DNA from: Gemmata obscuriglobus | Lineage (GTDB): Bacteria > Planctomycetota > Planctomycetia > Gemmatales > Gemmataceae | Direction: 5' to 3' | NCBI RefSeq assembly: GCF_008065095.1 | Contig: NZ_CP042911.1 | Location: 6,060,001 to 6,092,000 of the forward strand | DNA length: 32,000 nucleotides | Shown here: positions 1-8,768 of the stretch, one piece after another | Position numbering within the stretch: position 1 is the first letter of the stretch | Layout: each line of letters opens with the position of its first letter | The notes under the pieces: generated by a model | Seen by the model: only the letters and a program-made list of their open reading frames with translations | Told to the model about the DNA's origin: nothing | Databases searched by the model: none | Program-made: the position numbers and the translations under genes

Positions 1-961
1 GCGGGACACCGGGGTTCACCTCGGGGAGCGGGGTGGGGTGGGCTTCGCACACGCGCCTGAGCACGGCCATCGCGCTCGCCGCGTGGAACGGGGGGCGCCC
101 GGCGCACAGCGTGTACAGCACACTTCCAAGGCTGAACAGGTCGGTGCGGTGGTCGAGCGGCGAGCCGTCGGCCTGCTCGGGAGACATGAACGCGGGGGTC
201 CCGGCGATCAGCCCCGACTGTGTCAGGCTGGCGTCGTCGGCGGCCCGGGCCAGTCCGAAGTCGGTGATCTTAACGCGGTCGGGGGCTCGCTCTAGCAGGA
301 TGTTGGCCGGTTTTACGTCCCGGTGGATCAGCCCCTGCTCGTGCGCCGCGGCGAGGCCGCTGGCGATCTGGAGTCCGATGCGGAGCACGTCTCGCACCGG
401 CAGCGGGCCATCGCGAACGACCTTGGCCTGGAGCGTCGGCCCGTCGACGAACGACATGACCAGGTACGGCACCGGCCCGGCAGGCTCGACGGCGTGGATG
501 TCGATCACGTTCTCGTGGACGACGGCCGCCGCGATTTGGGCTTCGCGGACGAACCGCTGCCGCGCCGACCCGCTCCCGGCCAGCGCCGGGCTGAGCACCT
601 TGATGGCCACGACCCGCTGCAACTTCTCGTCGAACGCGCGGAACACCACCCCGGCGCCGCCGCGGCCCACCACCTCGAGCACCTCATAGTGGCCGAGTCG
701 CCCGAGTGCGTCCGCTCGCGCCGGGGGGCCGAGGACGGAGAGCGTGTGTTCGTCGGTCGACCCCTGCGGGGTCATCAAGTCGCCCGCGAGTTGCTCGGCC
801 ACGGGCACGTTCAGGAAGGTGTCCGAGGTGCTGGCCCGGAGCAGTGCGTCGATCCGGCCGCGGAGGGCCTGGTCGCCGCCGCACGCGGCGTCCAGGTACG
901 CGCCCCGGTCGGCCGGCGCGGGCCGGTTCAGGGCCTCGAGGAAAATGTCGCGCTCGCGCAC
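1..961 (-). CDS. Hanks-type Ser/Thr protein kinase, N-terminal part (3' end beyond window edge)
   Basis: Absent from the ORF track because it has no stop in the window. Hand translation of the minus strand starts at GTG 961-959, with an in-frame TAA upstream at 985-983. It reads (M)RERDIFLEALNRPAPADRGAYLDAACGGDQALRGRIDALL, then G-loop GRGGAGVVF (~650-675), VAIK (~598-609), HRDVKPANILL (~300-330), KITDFG (~250-275) and MSPE (~175-190). An alternative ATG lies at 775. Confidence 0.85.
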   Translation of the reverse strand, partial: MRERDIFLEALNRPAPADRGAYLDAACGGDQALRGRIDALLRASTSDTFLNVPVAEQLAGDLMTPQGSTDEHTLSVLGPPARADALGRLGHYEVLEVVGRGGAGVVFRAFDEKLQRVVAIKVLSPALAGSGSARQRFVREAQIAAAVVHENVIDIHAVEPAGPVPYLVMSFVDGPTLQAKVVRDGPLPVRDVLRIGLQIASGLAAAHEQGLIHRDVKPANILLERAPDRVKITDFGLARAADDASLTQSGLIAGTPAFMSPEQADGSPLDHRTDLFSLGSVLYTLCAGRPPFHAASAMAVLRRVCEAHPTPLPEVNPGVP

Positions 962-1060
962 GTCGGTACCGTGGAATGGCCGTTAGCCCCGCGGCAGTGC
1001 GGGGCGTCCTTAACATGCGAAATCCGGTGCGCGTGTCCGCCAACTTTTTTGTCGCAGGCG

Positions 1061-1618
1061 TCACGCCTCGGGCCCGACAGCGTCCCGGAGCCAAGCGCGG
1101 GCGTACGCCCACAGCCGGTCCGCGGTCCGCGGCGAGACGCCCATCGCCGCCGCGCACTCGGCCAGAGACAGCCCCGCGAAGTACCGGAGGTGAACGAGCT
1201 TTGCGGCCTCGGGGTCGATCCCGGCGAAGCGGTCCAGCGCCTCATTGAGCGCAAGGAGGTCTTCCTTCAGCTCGGGCACCGTGACCGCGTCCGGGTCGAG
1301 GTCACGGCGGGTGTGGTCGCCGCCCCGCTTGAGGCTCTCCTTGCGCCGGGCCGCCTCGACGAGGATGCGGCGCATGGCCTCGCCGGCAGCGGCGAAGAAG
1401 TGGCCGCGCCCCTCCCACCCGAGGCCCTCTCCGCCGACGAGGCGCAAGAACGCTTCATGGACTAGTGCCGTCGGCTGGAGCGTTTGTCCGGGCGCCTCGC
1501 GCGCGAGGCGGGCGGCGGCGAGTTGGCGCAGTTCCTCGTAGACGAGCGGCAGCAGTTCCGCAGTGGCCTGCCGGTCGCCGGCAGCCGCGGCGCTGAGCAA
1601 CTGTGTAACTTCGGACAT
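1061..1618 (-). CDS. ECF-type RNA polymerase sigma-70 factor (kinase-associated type)
   Basis: 185-aa ORF. Region 2 (LVHEAFLRL) and the region 4 HTH (YFAGLSLAECAAAMGVSPRTADRLWAYARAWL) are recognisable. It is co-directional with the kinase and lies 100 bp upstream of it. Confidence 0.9.
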   Translation of the reverse strand: MSEVTQLLSAAAAGDRQATAELLPLVYEELRQLAAARLAREAPGQTLQPTALVHEAFLRLVGGEGLGWEGRGHFFAAAGEAMRRILVEAARRKESLKRGGDHTRRDLDPDAVTVPELKEDLLALNEALDRFAGIDPEAAKLVHLRYFAGLSLAECAAAMGVSPRTADRLWAYARAWLRDAVGPEA

Positions 1619-1871
1619 GCCGCACGGTTACCAGGATGCGATAATTGGTTTAATTTTCTCATCATGCGCCGAGCGCCTTGCTCGGTCAAGGTCGCGCCGA
1701 GACCTGCGCCCCCCTGGATCTGACTGGGGCAGTGGGGACGACGGCCGCATGCCAGACCGAGCCCCTCGACCTGGGTGTATGACAGGGTTTGCGTCTGGTG
1801 GGTATTGGACTATCTTGGTCCGTGGCAAATCCCCTTCCGCAGTTTGGCCCAAGTGCAAGGCAGGGCTACCG

Positions 1872-3378
1872 ATGGCGAAAAACAAACTGACGCCAGAGCA
1901 GCTCGGGGCCATCACAGATCTCGCCAAGCAGTGGGGTAAAATCGTCGCCAGGAGCGCCTACGGCGACAGTGGGCCGGGGCTCGATGTGGACTTCGACCAG
2001 ATGGAGCCGATCGCCGCCGCGGCCACCGCCGGGCTGGCCGCCGGCACACTCGAACACCTCGCCGAGCGACAAGCCCAGCGACTCCCCGACGAGTCGCCCT
2101 GTCCCGCCTGCCAGAAGCCCGGCCGTTTGAGCACACGGCCCCGCCAGGTCGTCGCACGCGGGGCCACCATCACCCTGCAAGAACCCGTCGCCCACTGCCC
2201 CGCCTGTCGCCGGGACTTTTTCCCCCCACCGACCCCACCTCAAACTTGACGCCCACGGGTACAGCCCTTCCGTACTCGCCAAGGTCGTCCACGCCGGGGC
2301 GGTGCTCCCGTCGTTCGAGTTGGCCGCCCGAACCCTCCGGCTCCTGGCCGACGTGTCGATCAGCGGTCGGCACGTCGGGCGACTGACCGAGGCGGTCGGT
2401 GCCGAGTTGGTCGCCACACGCGACGAGCAGGCCGAAGCCCACCGCCGCCGCAAACTCGACGCCCGGGTTCCCAACACGCCGGACGTGGTGGCCGTCGAGG
2501 TCGACGGCGGCCGCTACCCGTGCCGCGCCGAGGGGCAAGGGTGCGGGGCGCGATCCCCGCAGTGGCGTGAGGACAAGGTCGCGTGCCTGGTCACACTCAC
2601 CAGCACGGCGCACGACACCGACCCGCAACCGGAACCGCCCGCGTGCTTCCTCGACCGCAAGCACGTCGGGAACATGACGCAATGCTCCGTCGCGAGAGAG
2701 CCCGGCATCGCAGGCGGAGCGGCCGATCCTCCGGTCGTGTCGTCCCCGGAGAGGATCGACTGGCAACCCGAACGTGTGGTGCGGACGTGCGTGGCGACGA
2801 CACGCGACAGCGAAGCGTTCGGCCGTCTGGTGGGTGCGGAGGCGAAGGCGAGGAACTTCGAGGCCGCGGGCCGTCGTGCGTTCGTGGGTGACGGTCCGGC
2901 GTACAACTGGGCGATCCAGAAGCGTTGGTTCGCGGAGTACGTGGCGGTGGTGGACGTCATCCACGTGTTGGGGTACGTGTGGCAAGCGGCGCGTGCGAGC
3001 GGCGGCAGCGACGCCGAGCAGTGGAACCGATACGTGCGCGGGATGCGTGGCTGCTGGCAGGGCCGTGTGTCCGAGGTACTCGCGGAAATGGACCGCGAGC
3101 AAGAACGGATCGGTGAGCCACCGGAGGACGCGGAGGACACGGACGTGCGTGTGGTACTCGAGCGGGCGTGTGGGTACTTGAAGAACAACGTGGCTCGGAT
3201 GAAGTACCCGGGGTATCGGAAGGCGGGGCTGCCGGTAACCAGTTCGTGGGTGGAGTCGTTGATCAAGGAGGTCAACTACCGGGTGAAGGGAACCGAGAAG
3301 TTCTGGAATGAGGACGGTGCCGAGAGCGTGCTGGCGGTGAGAGCGGCCGTCCTGAGTGACGACGAACGACTCCAGTAG
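1872..3378 (+). pseudogene. ISKra4-family transposase, frameshifted and C-terminally interrupted
   Basis: The N-terminal part (ATG 1872 to 2249) has Zn-finger pairs CPAC...CPAC followed by RRDFFP. The second part (to 3378) reads LKLDAHGYSPSVLAKVVHAGAVLPSFELAARTL...GDGPAYNWAIQ...LPVTSSWVESLIKEVNYRVKGTEKFW, which is the ISKra4-like layout as I recall it. The two parts join only by a +1 shift at the T5C6 run (2217-2227). The TAG stop (3376-3378) lies inside the left terminal repeat of the nested IS. Removing that IS continues the frame as ...DERLAKHLAARPGSPFYRR (4631 onward). Confidence 0.7.
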
Positions 3379-4630
3379 TTTCAAGTTGGGCGATTTATGA
3401 GTAGCGGGCCGCATGGGTTTACCGGTCAATGGTGGTTACCACGCCTCCACTGTCGGAGCCCCCATGCGACCCAAACGTCAGTCTATCCGAGCCACCCCGG
3501 CCCACGCCACCCGGCACCTCCGTCCGGTCCTGACCGACTGGCTCGGCCGTGCGGTCCAACTGCCCAAGCGTCGCCGCACCTGTACACCCGAGGTGGTGTG
3601 GCGGGTGGTGCTGTTCGCCGCGGCGTTCGCCCGCTCGGTGGCCGCGGCCTGTGCCGCGATCGCCGACGCCCCGTCCGGGCAGGCCATCTGGGATTGCTTG
3701 TACCTCACGCTGCCCAAGCGGCGCCGCACCCTCGAGCGGCGGTTGCGGCCGGCCCTCCACGCCCCGCTCGGCAAGCGGAAGCGGGCGGCTCGGGTCGCGA
3801 TCGACTACCACCGGATCGGGTACTTCGGGACGCCGAACCGGGACACCACCCGGTCCAAGGGGGCCGGCGGCACCCACACGTTCCACACGTACGCCACCGC
3901 GTGCCTCGTCGGGGGACCGGACCGGTACACGCTCGGGTTGACGGCCGTGGGCGAGAAGGAGCCGATGACCGCGGTGCTCACCCGGCTGTTGGATCAGGTG
4001 ACGGCGGCACGGGTTACGGTCCGGGTCGCGCTGCTGGACAAGGCGTTCTTCTCGATCGCGGTGATGCGGTTGCTCCAGGCGCGGGGTGTGCCGTTCGTGA
4101 TCCCGGCCGTGGTCCGGGGCCGCAAGCCCCGGCCCGGGGTGAAGGGGGTCGGGTTGCGGGCCGTGCGGCGGCGGGGCGCGGGTCGATATGCGTACACCCA
4201 CGCGGATCGGGGCACCTCGGTGCGGGTGCACGTGGTGATCGCTCACAAGAGCTACCGGTACCGGCGGACCGGGGGCCGGCGGAGCAAGAAGTTACTGTAC
4301 GCGGCGTGGCGGGTGAGCGGGAGCCCGGTGGCGATTCGGGACCTGTACCGGACCCGATTCGGGATCGAGAGCAGCTACCGCCAGTTGGGGCAGGTTCGGC
4401 CCCGGACCTCGACCACCGATGGGGTCGTGCGACTCCTGTGGGTGGCCGTCGGGCTGATCCTGCGTAACGCCTGGTTGTGGTCCCGCTCAGCCCGCGGCCT
4501 CGGGTGGACACTGGCGGCGGTATGCCTGATACTGTTGGCCGATGGGCTGGCACCTACAGATGGCGAAAATAAGTCCATTACTACTGCACGATCGGCCAAC
4601 AAAACCAAGCCGCCAACTTGAAACTACTGG
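3372..4630 (+). mobile_element. ISH3/IS4-superfamily insertion sequence nested in ISKra4-like copy 1
   Basis: Terminal inverted repeats are CCAGTAGTTTCAAGTTGGGCG (3372-3392) and the reverse complement of CGCCAACTTGAAACTACTGG (4611-4630); they differ by one G. A 3-bp direct repeat ACT flanks the element (3369-3371 and 4631-4633). It contains a single transposase ORF. Confidence 0.8.
3413..4621 (+). CDS. DDE transposase, ISH3/IS4-like
   Basis: 402-aa intact ORF filling the element. The C-terminal signature LYRTRFGIESSYRQLGQ fits the IS4-superfamily Y-2-R-3-E pattern, typical of ISH3-type transposases. The stop codon lies in the right terminal repeat. Confidence 0.8.
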   Translation: MGLPVNGGYHASTVGAPMRPKRQSIRATPAHATRHLRPVLTDWLGRAVQLPKRRRTCTPEVVWRVVLFAAAFARSVAAACAAIADAPSGQAIWDCLYLTLPKRRRTLERRLRPALHAPLGKRKRAARVAIDYHRIGYFGTPNRDTTRSKGAGGTHTFHTYATACLVGGPDRYTLGLTAVGEKEPMTAVLTRLLDQVTAARVTVRVALLDKAFFSIAVMRLLQARGVPFVIPAVVRGRKPRPGVKGVGLRAVRRRGAGRYAYTHADRGTSVRVHVVIAHKSYRYRRTGGRRSKKLLYAAWRVSGSPVAIRDLYRTRFGIESSYRQLGQVRPRTSTTDGVVRLLWVAVGLILRNAWLWSRSARGLGWTLAAVCLILLADGLAPTDGENKSITTARSANKTKPPT

Positions 4631-4669
4631 ACTCGCCAAGCACCTCGCCGCTCGACCCGGTTCGCCCTT

Positions 4670-5587
4670 CTACCGGCGAACCGCTGCCTCATTACAAACC
4701 CGGTCCTGCACCCCCTGGTTCATGGCCTCCTTGATGGACGCGGTGCCCGCGTACACGTCCGGGTCGAGCAGTTGGAGGAACAGGCTGAAGTTGGCCGGGT
4801 CGCCTTTGTGCGGGGTGGCGGTGAGCAGGAGCAGGTGATCGGTGGAGTCGCGGAGCAGCTCGCCGAGCGCGTACCGGGCGGTCTTCTTGGCCGGCGGGGA
4901 CCATGACATGCGGTGCGCCTCGTCCACGATCACGAGGTCCCACCGGGTCTGCTTCAGGCCCGGAAGGATGTCGTCCCGCTTGGCGAGGTCGAGTGATGTG
5001 ATGACCCGGGGCTCGTCGGCCCACCGGTTCACCCCGAACTGGTCCCGGATGTCGGACCCCTTCATGACCACGAACTTCTCGTCGAACTTCTCGCGCAGCT
5101 CGCGCTGCCACTGGAACGCGAGGTTCGCCGGGCACACGACCAGGACGCGCTCGGCCAGCCCGCGGAGCTTGAGCTCGCGGATCAGCAGCCCGGACATGAC
5201 CGTTTTGCCCGCCCCGGCGTCGTCGGCGAGCAGGAAACGCACGCGGGCGAGCTTGAGGAGGTAATCGTAGACGGCTTCGAGCTGGTGCGGGAGCGGATCG
5301 ACGCGGGAAATGGAGAGCGCGAAGTACGGGTCGAACTCGTAGGCGATGCCGAGCGCGTCGGCCTGGATGCCGAGCCGGATTAGCGCCCCGTCGCCCGCGA
5401 AGTCCGACGTGGCCTTCACGACCTGGAGTTGCGCGAGTTGCGCCGGGTCGAGGTTGACCTTGCGGAACCGCTCGGTGGTCAGCCCGACCACGCCGAGGGT
5501 GAACCCGCCGCCTGAGGCGGGCGCGACGGTCTCGACGCGCACCGGCTCGTGGAACAGCGGGCCGGTGAGGATCAGTCCGGGTTGCAC
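4670..5587 (-). pseudogene. SNF2-family helicase, N-terminal fragment (truncated by IS)
   Basis: Motif I LLADDAGAGKT, motif II VIVDEAHRM and motif III LLLTATPHKGD are present. Proteins of this family are usually about 3 times longer. Homology ends near ...LDPDVYAGTASIKEAMNQG, at the right end of ISKra4-like copy 1, and the remaining codons are IS-derived. Confidence 0.75.
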
Positions 5588-5722
5588 GTCGGTCCTGGCC
5601 GGCTCGGTCCGCTCGGGGGCGCTCCGGCCGTGAAGCGGTCACGAAGGGCGCGTGATCGTTATAGGCAGACGGTACCGCGCCGGTGATCAGGCCGGTAGCT
5701 CCGAAGAGCAAAAGCGCGTCGG

Positions 5723-6288
5723 TCACCTCAGTAAACGCTCCCGGCGCTTCTTCTGCACGTTCAGCGCTTTCAGCACGAGCCCCATCTGCGAAACCGACAT
5801 GCCTCGCACGTCAGTGAGCCCTTCGAGGCCGGTGCGAGCCAGTTTGTACACCCGGCTGTCGCTGGCTTGTCGGCTGGTGTAGGTCAGGTTGAGGCAGGTT
5901 CGGCACCCGAAAAACTTCCCGCACCGGAACACCTTCCGCACGCGGCGCCGCACCGGGCGCCGTCCGTGGTGAGCGGGCAGACCAACCACCAGCGGAACCC
6001 ACCCAGGTGGCACCCGGTCGTCACCAACTGAACCGAGTACTCGAGCGACTCGACCGGCGACCCGAACCGGTACCGCAGACGCAGCGTTCCGGCCGTTCGC
6101 CCGACCGCGAGCGTGTAACCGATGGCGGAGTACGGTTCCTTTTCTCCGCGGCGCCACTCCAGGCGCCCGGTGCGCTCGGTCCCCGGAACCAACAACTCCC
6201 AGCGCTTGAGGTCGGCCGCGTCGATCGCGTCGCACGACTCGACCACGCGCTTTTTCGAGCCGCGCCTCTTGTTGAACGTACCGCCCAT
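5723..6288 (-). pseudogene. Zn-ribbon hypothetical protein, frameshifted
   Basis: ATG at 6288 is preceded by GGAGGAG. The 5' frame reads MGGTFNKRRG...GGFRWWLVCPLTTDGARCG. The 3' frame reads RRRVRKVFRCGKFFGCRTCLNLTYTSRQ...KKRRERLLR and ends at 5723. The CP..C and C..C halves join only if one nucleotide is restored around 5940-5975. Confidence 0.5.
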
Positions 6289-6527
6289 ACGCTCCTCCGC
6301 ACAGAAGCTGGATTCTCCGAAATCAATTGCACCGGGCCAGCACATTAGCTCGCCGCATCACGCACCAAGTGCATTCGAGACAACAAGTTCCGGTCAGGGG
6401 CGGGTTCTTAACCGATGTTGGCACGCCGCCACGGACCACGCGATGAGCTATCCATCCGTCGAGGTAGCAGCGCGTGTTCACCCGGTCGCAGCCGGCCCGT
6501 TCACCACGGTCTGGTTTGCGGCGAGGT

Positions 6528-7856
6528 TCAGTTGGGCTTGGCGAGCTGGCGGTCATCCTTGGTGACCGCGTCTTCGTCCTTATTCAGCACCCGCGCGGCG
6601 GTGAGCGCGTGCAGGTCGCGGCCGTCCGCGTACGCCGCCATCATAACCTTCTCGCGCGCCACCTTGGCGGCGATCCGCAGCTCGGTCTGTGAGTAATCGG
6701 CCTTCACCAGGGGGTGCTCGGGCCGGGCCGTGAAGCACCGCCGGTGCGCGGACCCGCGGGGCACCTGCTGCAGGTTCGGATCGGAACAGCTCATGCGCCC
6801 GGACTCGGCCCCGAGCTGGTTCCAGGATGGTAGCACGGCACCATCCTGGACGTGCTTCTCGACCCACACACGGCCGTAGGTACTGAGCCGTTTGGCGGCC
6901 GCACGGTACTCGCGTACCAGAGCGCCGAGCGGGTGGGCGATGCCCGCCAGGGTGTCGTCGTCGTCGGTGGCCGCTAGCGCGAACCCGAGCTGCGCGAACG
7001 CGGCCTTGACCTGTGACGGGCTGTCCCAGTTCCGGGTCTCCCTGCCGGGCAGGGCGCGCGGGTTCGGGGCCGCCGCGTCCATGGCGTCCGCGAGCCGCGC
7101 GTGGTCTGCACCTGCGCTCTCGGCGAGCGCGACCCAAGCGCGGGTATCGACGGCCACAGGCGCGGCCCAGGCCCCCCCGGCAGCGCCCGCATTTCGAGAT
7201 CGGCGTTCCGGTCAGACCGACCGCCTCTAACTTTTCCCGGAGCGCGCTTGCGAGCGGTAGCAGCACCTCGGTGTCGGCCGCGGCGTACCCGAGTTGTGCG
7301 GGGGAGAGCGGCCCGGACCAGTCGGGGTCTGCTCACTCTTGTCGAGCGACCGCCCCAGTTCGCGCGCGGCCGCGTCACCAAGCCCGTGGCGGAAGCGGCC
7401 GTTGCTCTCCGCGCGGTCACCGGCGTGCCGCACGCGGGACGCCAGGATGGTGTCGAACACCTTTCCCGGCACGAACTCGAACGGGGCCAGAAACCGCAAG
7501 TCGAACTGCAGGTTGTGTCCGACCTGCTCCTTGTCCGCCAGCGCCGCGAACAGCGGCCGCAGATCCGCGACCGGGTCGGCGAACGCGAACACGTCGATCA
7601 GCGCCACGTCCTGGCCAGCCGCCACCTGAATCAACCGCACCCGGTCCCGGGCCGGGTCCAGTCCGGTGGTCTCGGTGTCCACCGCGACCGGCCCGGCCCA
7701 ACCCTGGAGCGCGTCCGCGATTTCCCGGACCCCGGCCGCGTCGGCCGTCGGGAACGGAGCCGGACGTTCCGACACAACCGGCGCCGGTTCAACATTCTCC
7801 GGTCGCGGGGTCGGGTCGTCCGCAGCGCGGGCCGCCACGCTTCCGACGTCCGACAC
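6528..7856 (-). pseudogene. Family A DNA polymerase (3'-5' exonuclease + polymerase domains, no 5' nuclease domain), multiply frameshifted and 3'-truncated
   Basis: Exo motifs VAVDTETTGLDP, HNLQFDLRFL and DWSGPLSPAQLGYAAADTEVLL are present, as is pol motif A (KADYSQTELRIAA). The ORF ends inside motif B (RQLAKPN-stop, where NFG..YG is expected). Reading needs three 1-nt frame corrections at ~7324-7327 (G4), ~7200-7215 and the C7 run at 7172-7178. Confidence 0.8.
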
Positions 7857-7919
7857 TTCCGACGCAACCGCCGGCGCGACGTGCAGGGGCGCGCTCGCGC
7901 TGCTGAAAAAAGTGAGCTT

Positions 7920-8191
7920 CTAGTACTACTCCGTTACCTCGCCACAACTGCTTATTTTACAACGTGTTATGCACACGCCTCCGGAATGCACCTTGACGGA
8001 ACATCTTGTAGGATCTGGACTTGAGTCAAATGGAATGCTCACTACCAAGGCGGAATGTTTGCTGCTCTCGTGAACGGACTAGCCAGAATCGCTGGGATTT
8101 GAACCCATTGCGGGGCACGGACCTGTAGGTGTAGCTCGCCATAAATCGCGACAATTTAATTAGTTGTGGCGAAGTAACGGAGTAGTACTAG
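7920..8191. mobile_element. MITE-like non-autonomous element (272 bp)
   Basis: 30-bp terminal inverted repeats CTAGTACTACTCCGTTACCTCGCCACAACT (7920-7949) and the reverse complement of 8162-8191 match at 29/30. The AT-richer interior has no ORF. Confidence 0.7.
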
Positions 8192-8204
8192 GGCGTGTGG
8201 ACAG

Positions 8205-8768
8205 TTACCGTAGTAAGATCATAATGGATGCAATGTGAACGAATGCGAGGGAGTTGCGCGCGGTTTTGTCGTACCGTGTCGCAACCCGTCGGTATTGTTT
8301 GGCCTTAGCCCCAATACCGTTCGTCGAAGGGGGCGGCGAGGCCCGTTTTCGTGACGTAACTCGTTACACGATCGCCATCGCCCCCCCTGGAGCGAGGCTT
8401 CGACGAACGGTATTGGCCTTAGCCCAGAACCGCTCGACCAGATTGCGGTCCTTGTACCGGTCGGTATCGATGTGCCGCTGCTCGGCCCGGTTCTTGCGGC
8501 TCGGAATCACCGCCTCGCCACCCCGGGCCTCAATGCCATCCACGAGTTCCTGTTTGTCATATCCCTTGTCGCCGATGGTCACCGCCGGTGGAGCCCCGGC
8601 CAGCAACTCCTCAGCGTGCGTGATGTCCGCGTCTTGGCCCGGGCTCAGCAGCAACCGGGTGGGCAACCCGAGCCCGTTCACTCGGACGTGGATCTTAGTT
8701 CCGAACCCGCCCCGGCTTCGGCCCAACGCCTGCTCCTCTTGGCCTCCGGTTCCGTCGGACTGTTTTTC
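8205..8768 (-). pseudogene. IS5-family transposase OrfB (DDE domain), disrupted by a mini-MITE
   Basis: The -1 frame reads KKQSDGTGGQEEQALGRSRGGFGTKIHVRV...GDKGYD...NLVERFWAKA, then runs into the insertion and stops at 8364. Skipping 8312-8425 restores AKQYRRVATRYDKTARNSLAFVHIASIMILLR-stop (TAA 8205-8207), the expected family C-terminus. Confidence 0.8.
8312..8414. mobile_element. Mini-MITE (~103 bp) inserted in IS5 orfB
   Basis: Perfect 17-bp terminal inverted repeats AATACCGTTCGTCGAAG (8313-8329) and CTTCGACGAACGGTATT (8398-8414). A direct repeat TTGGCCTTAGCCC flanks the element (8299-8311 and 8413-8425), so the TSD is 11-13 bp depending on where the ends are drawn. Confidence 0.65.

Larger units (their letters stand above)
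1773..4713 (+). mobile_element. ISKra4-like insertion sequence, copy 1 (carries a nested IS); boundaries approximate
   Basis: Imperfect inverted repeat GGGTGTATGACAGGGTTTG (1773-1791) matches the reverse complement of 4695-4713 (GGGTGCAGGACCGGGTTTG) at 16/19 positions. Both ends are flanked by CCT (1770-1772 and 4714-4716). The repeat encloses the split transposase, and the right end coincides with the point where SNF2 helicase homology stops. Confidence 0.45.

Noticed and set aside
1462-1772. Possible continuation of the SNF2 helicase to the left of ISKra4-like copy 1, after removing the IS and one CCT copy.
   Set aside because: The frame stays open (it corresponds to track ORF 1462-1689). 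However, the translation has no helicase motifs and overlaps the sigma-factor gene out of frame. The helicase C-terminus is genuinely absent.
8092-8108. tRNA T-arm-like sequence inside the MITE (minus strand TGGGTTCAAATCCCAG).
   Set aside because: No complementary acceptor stem, D-arm or anticodon arm could be folded around it. It is probably a coincidence, or at most a tRNA-derived fragment.
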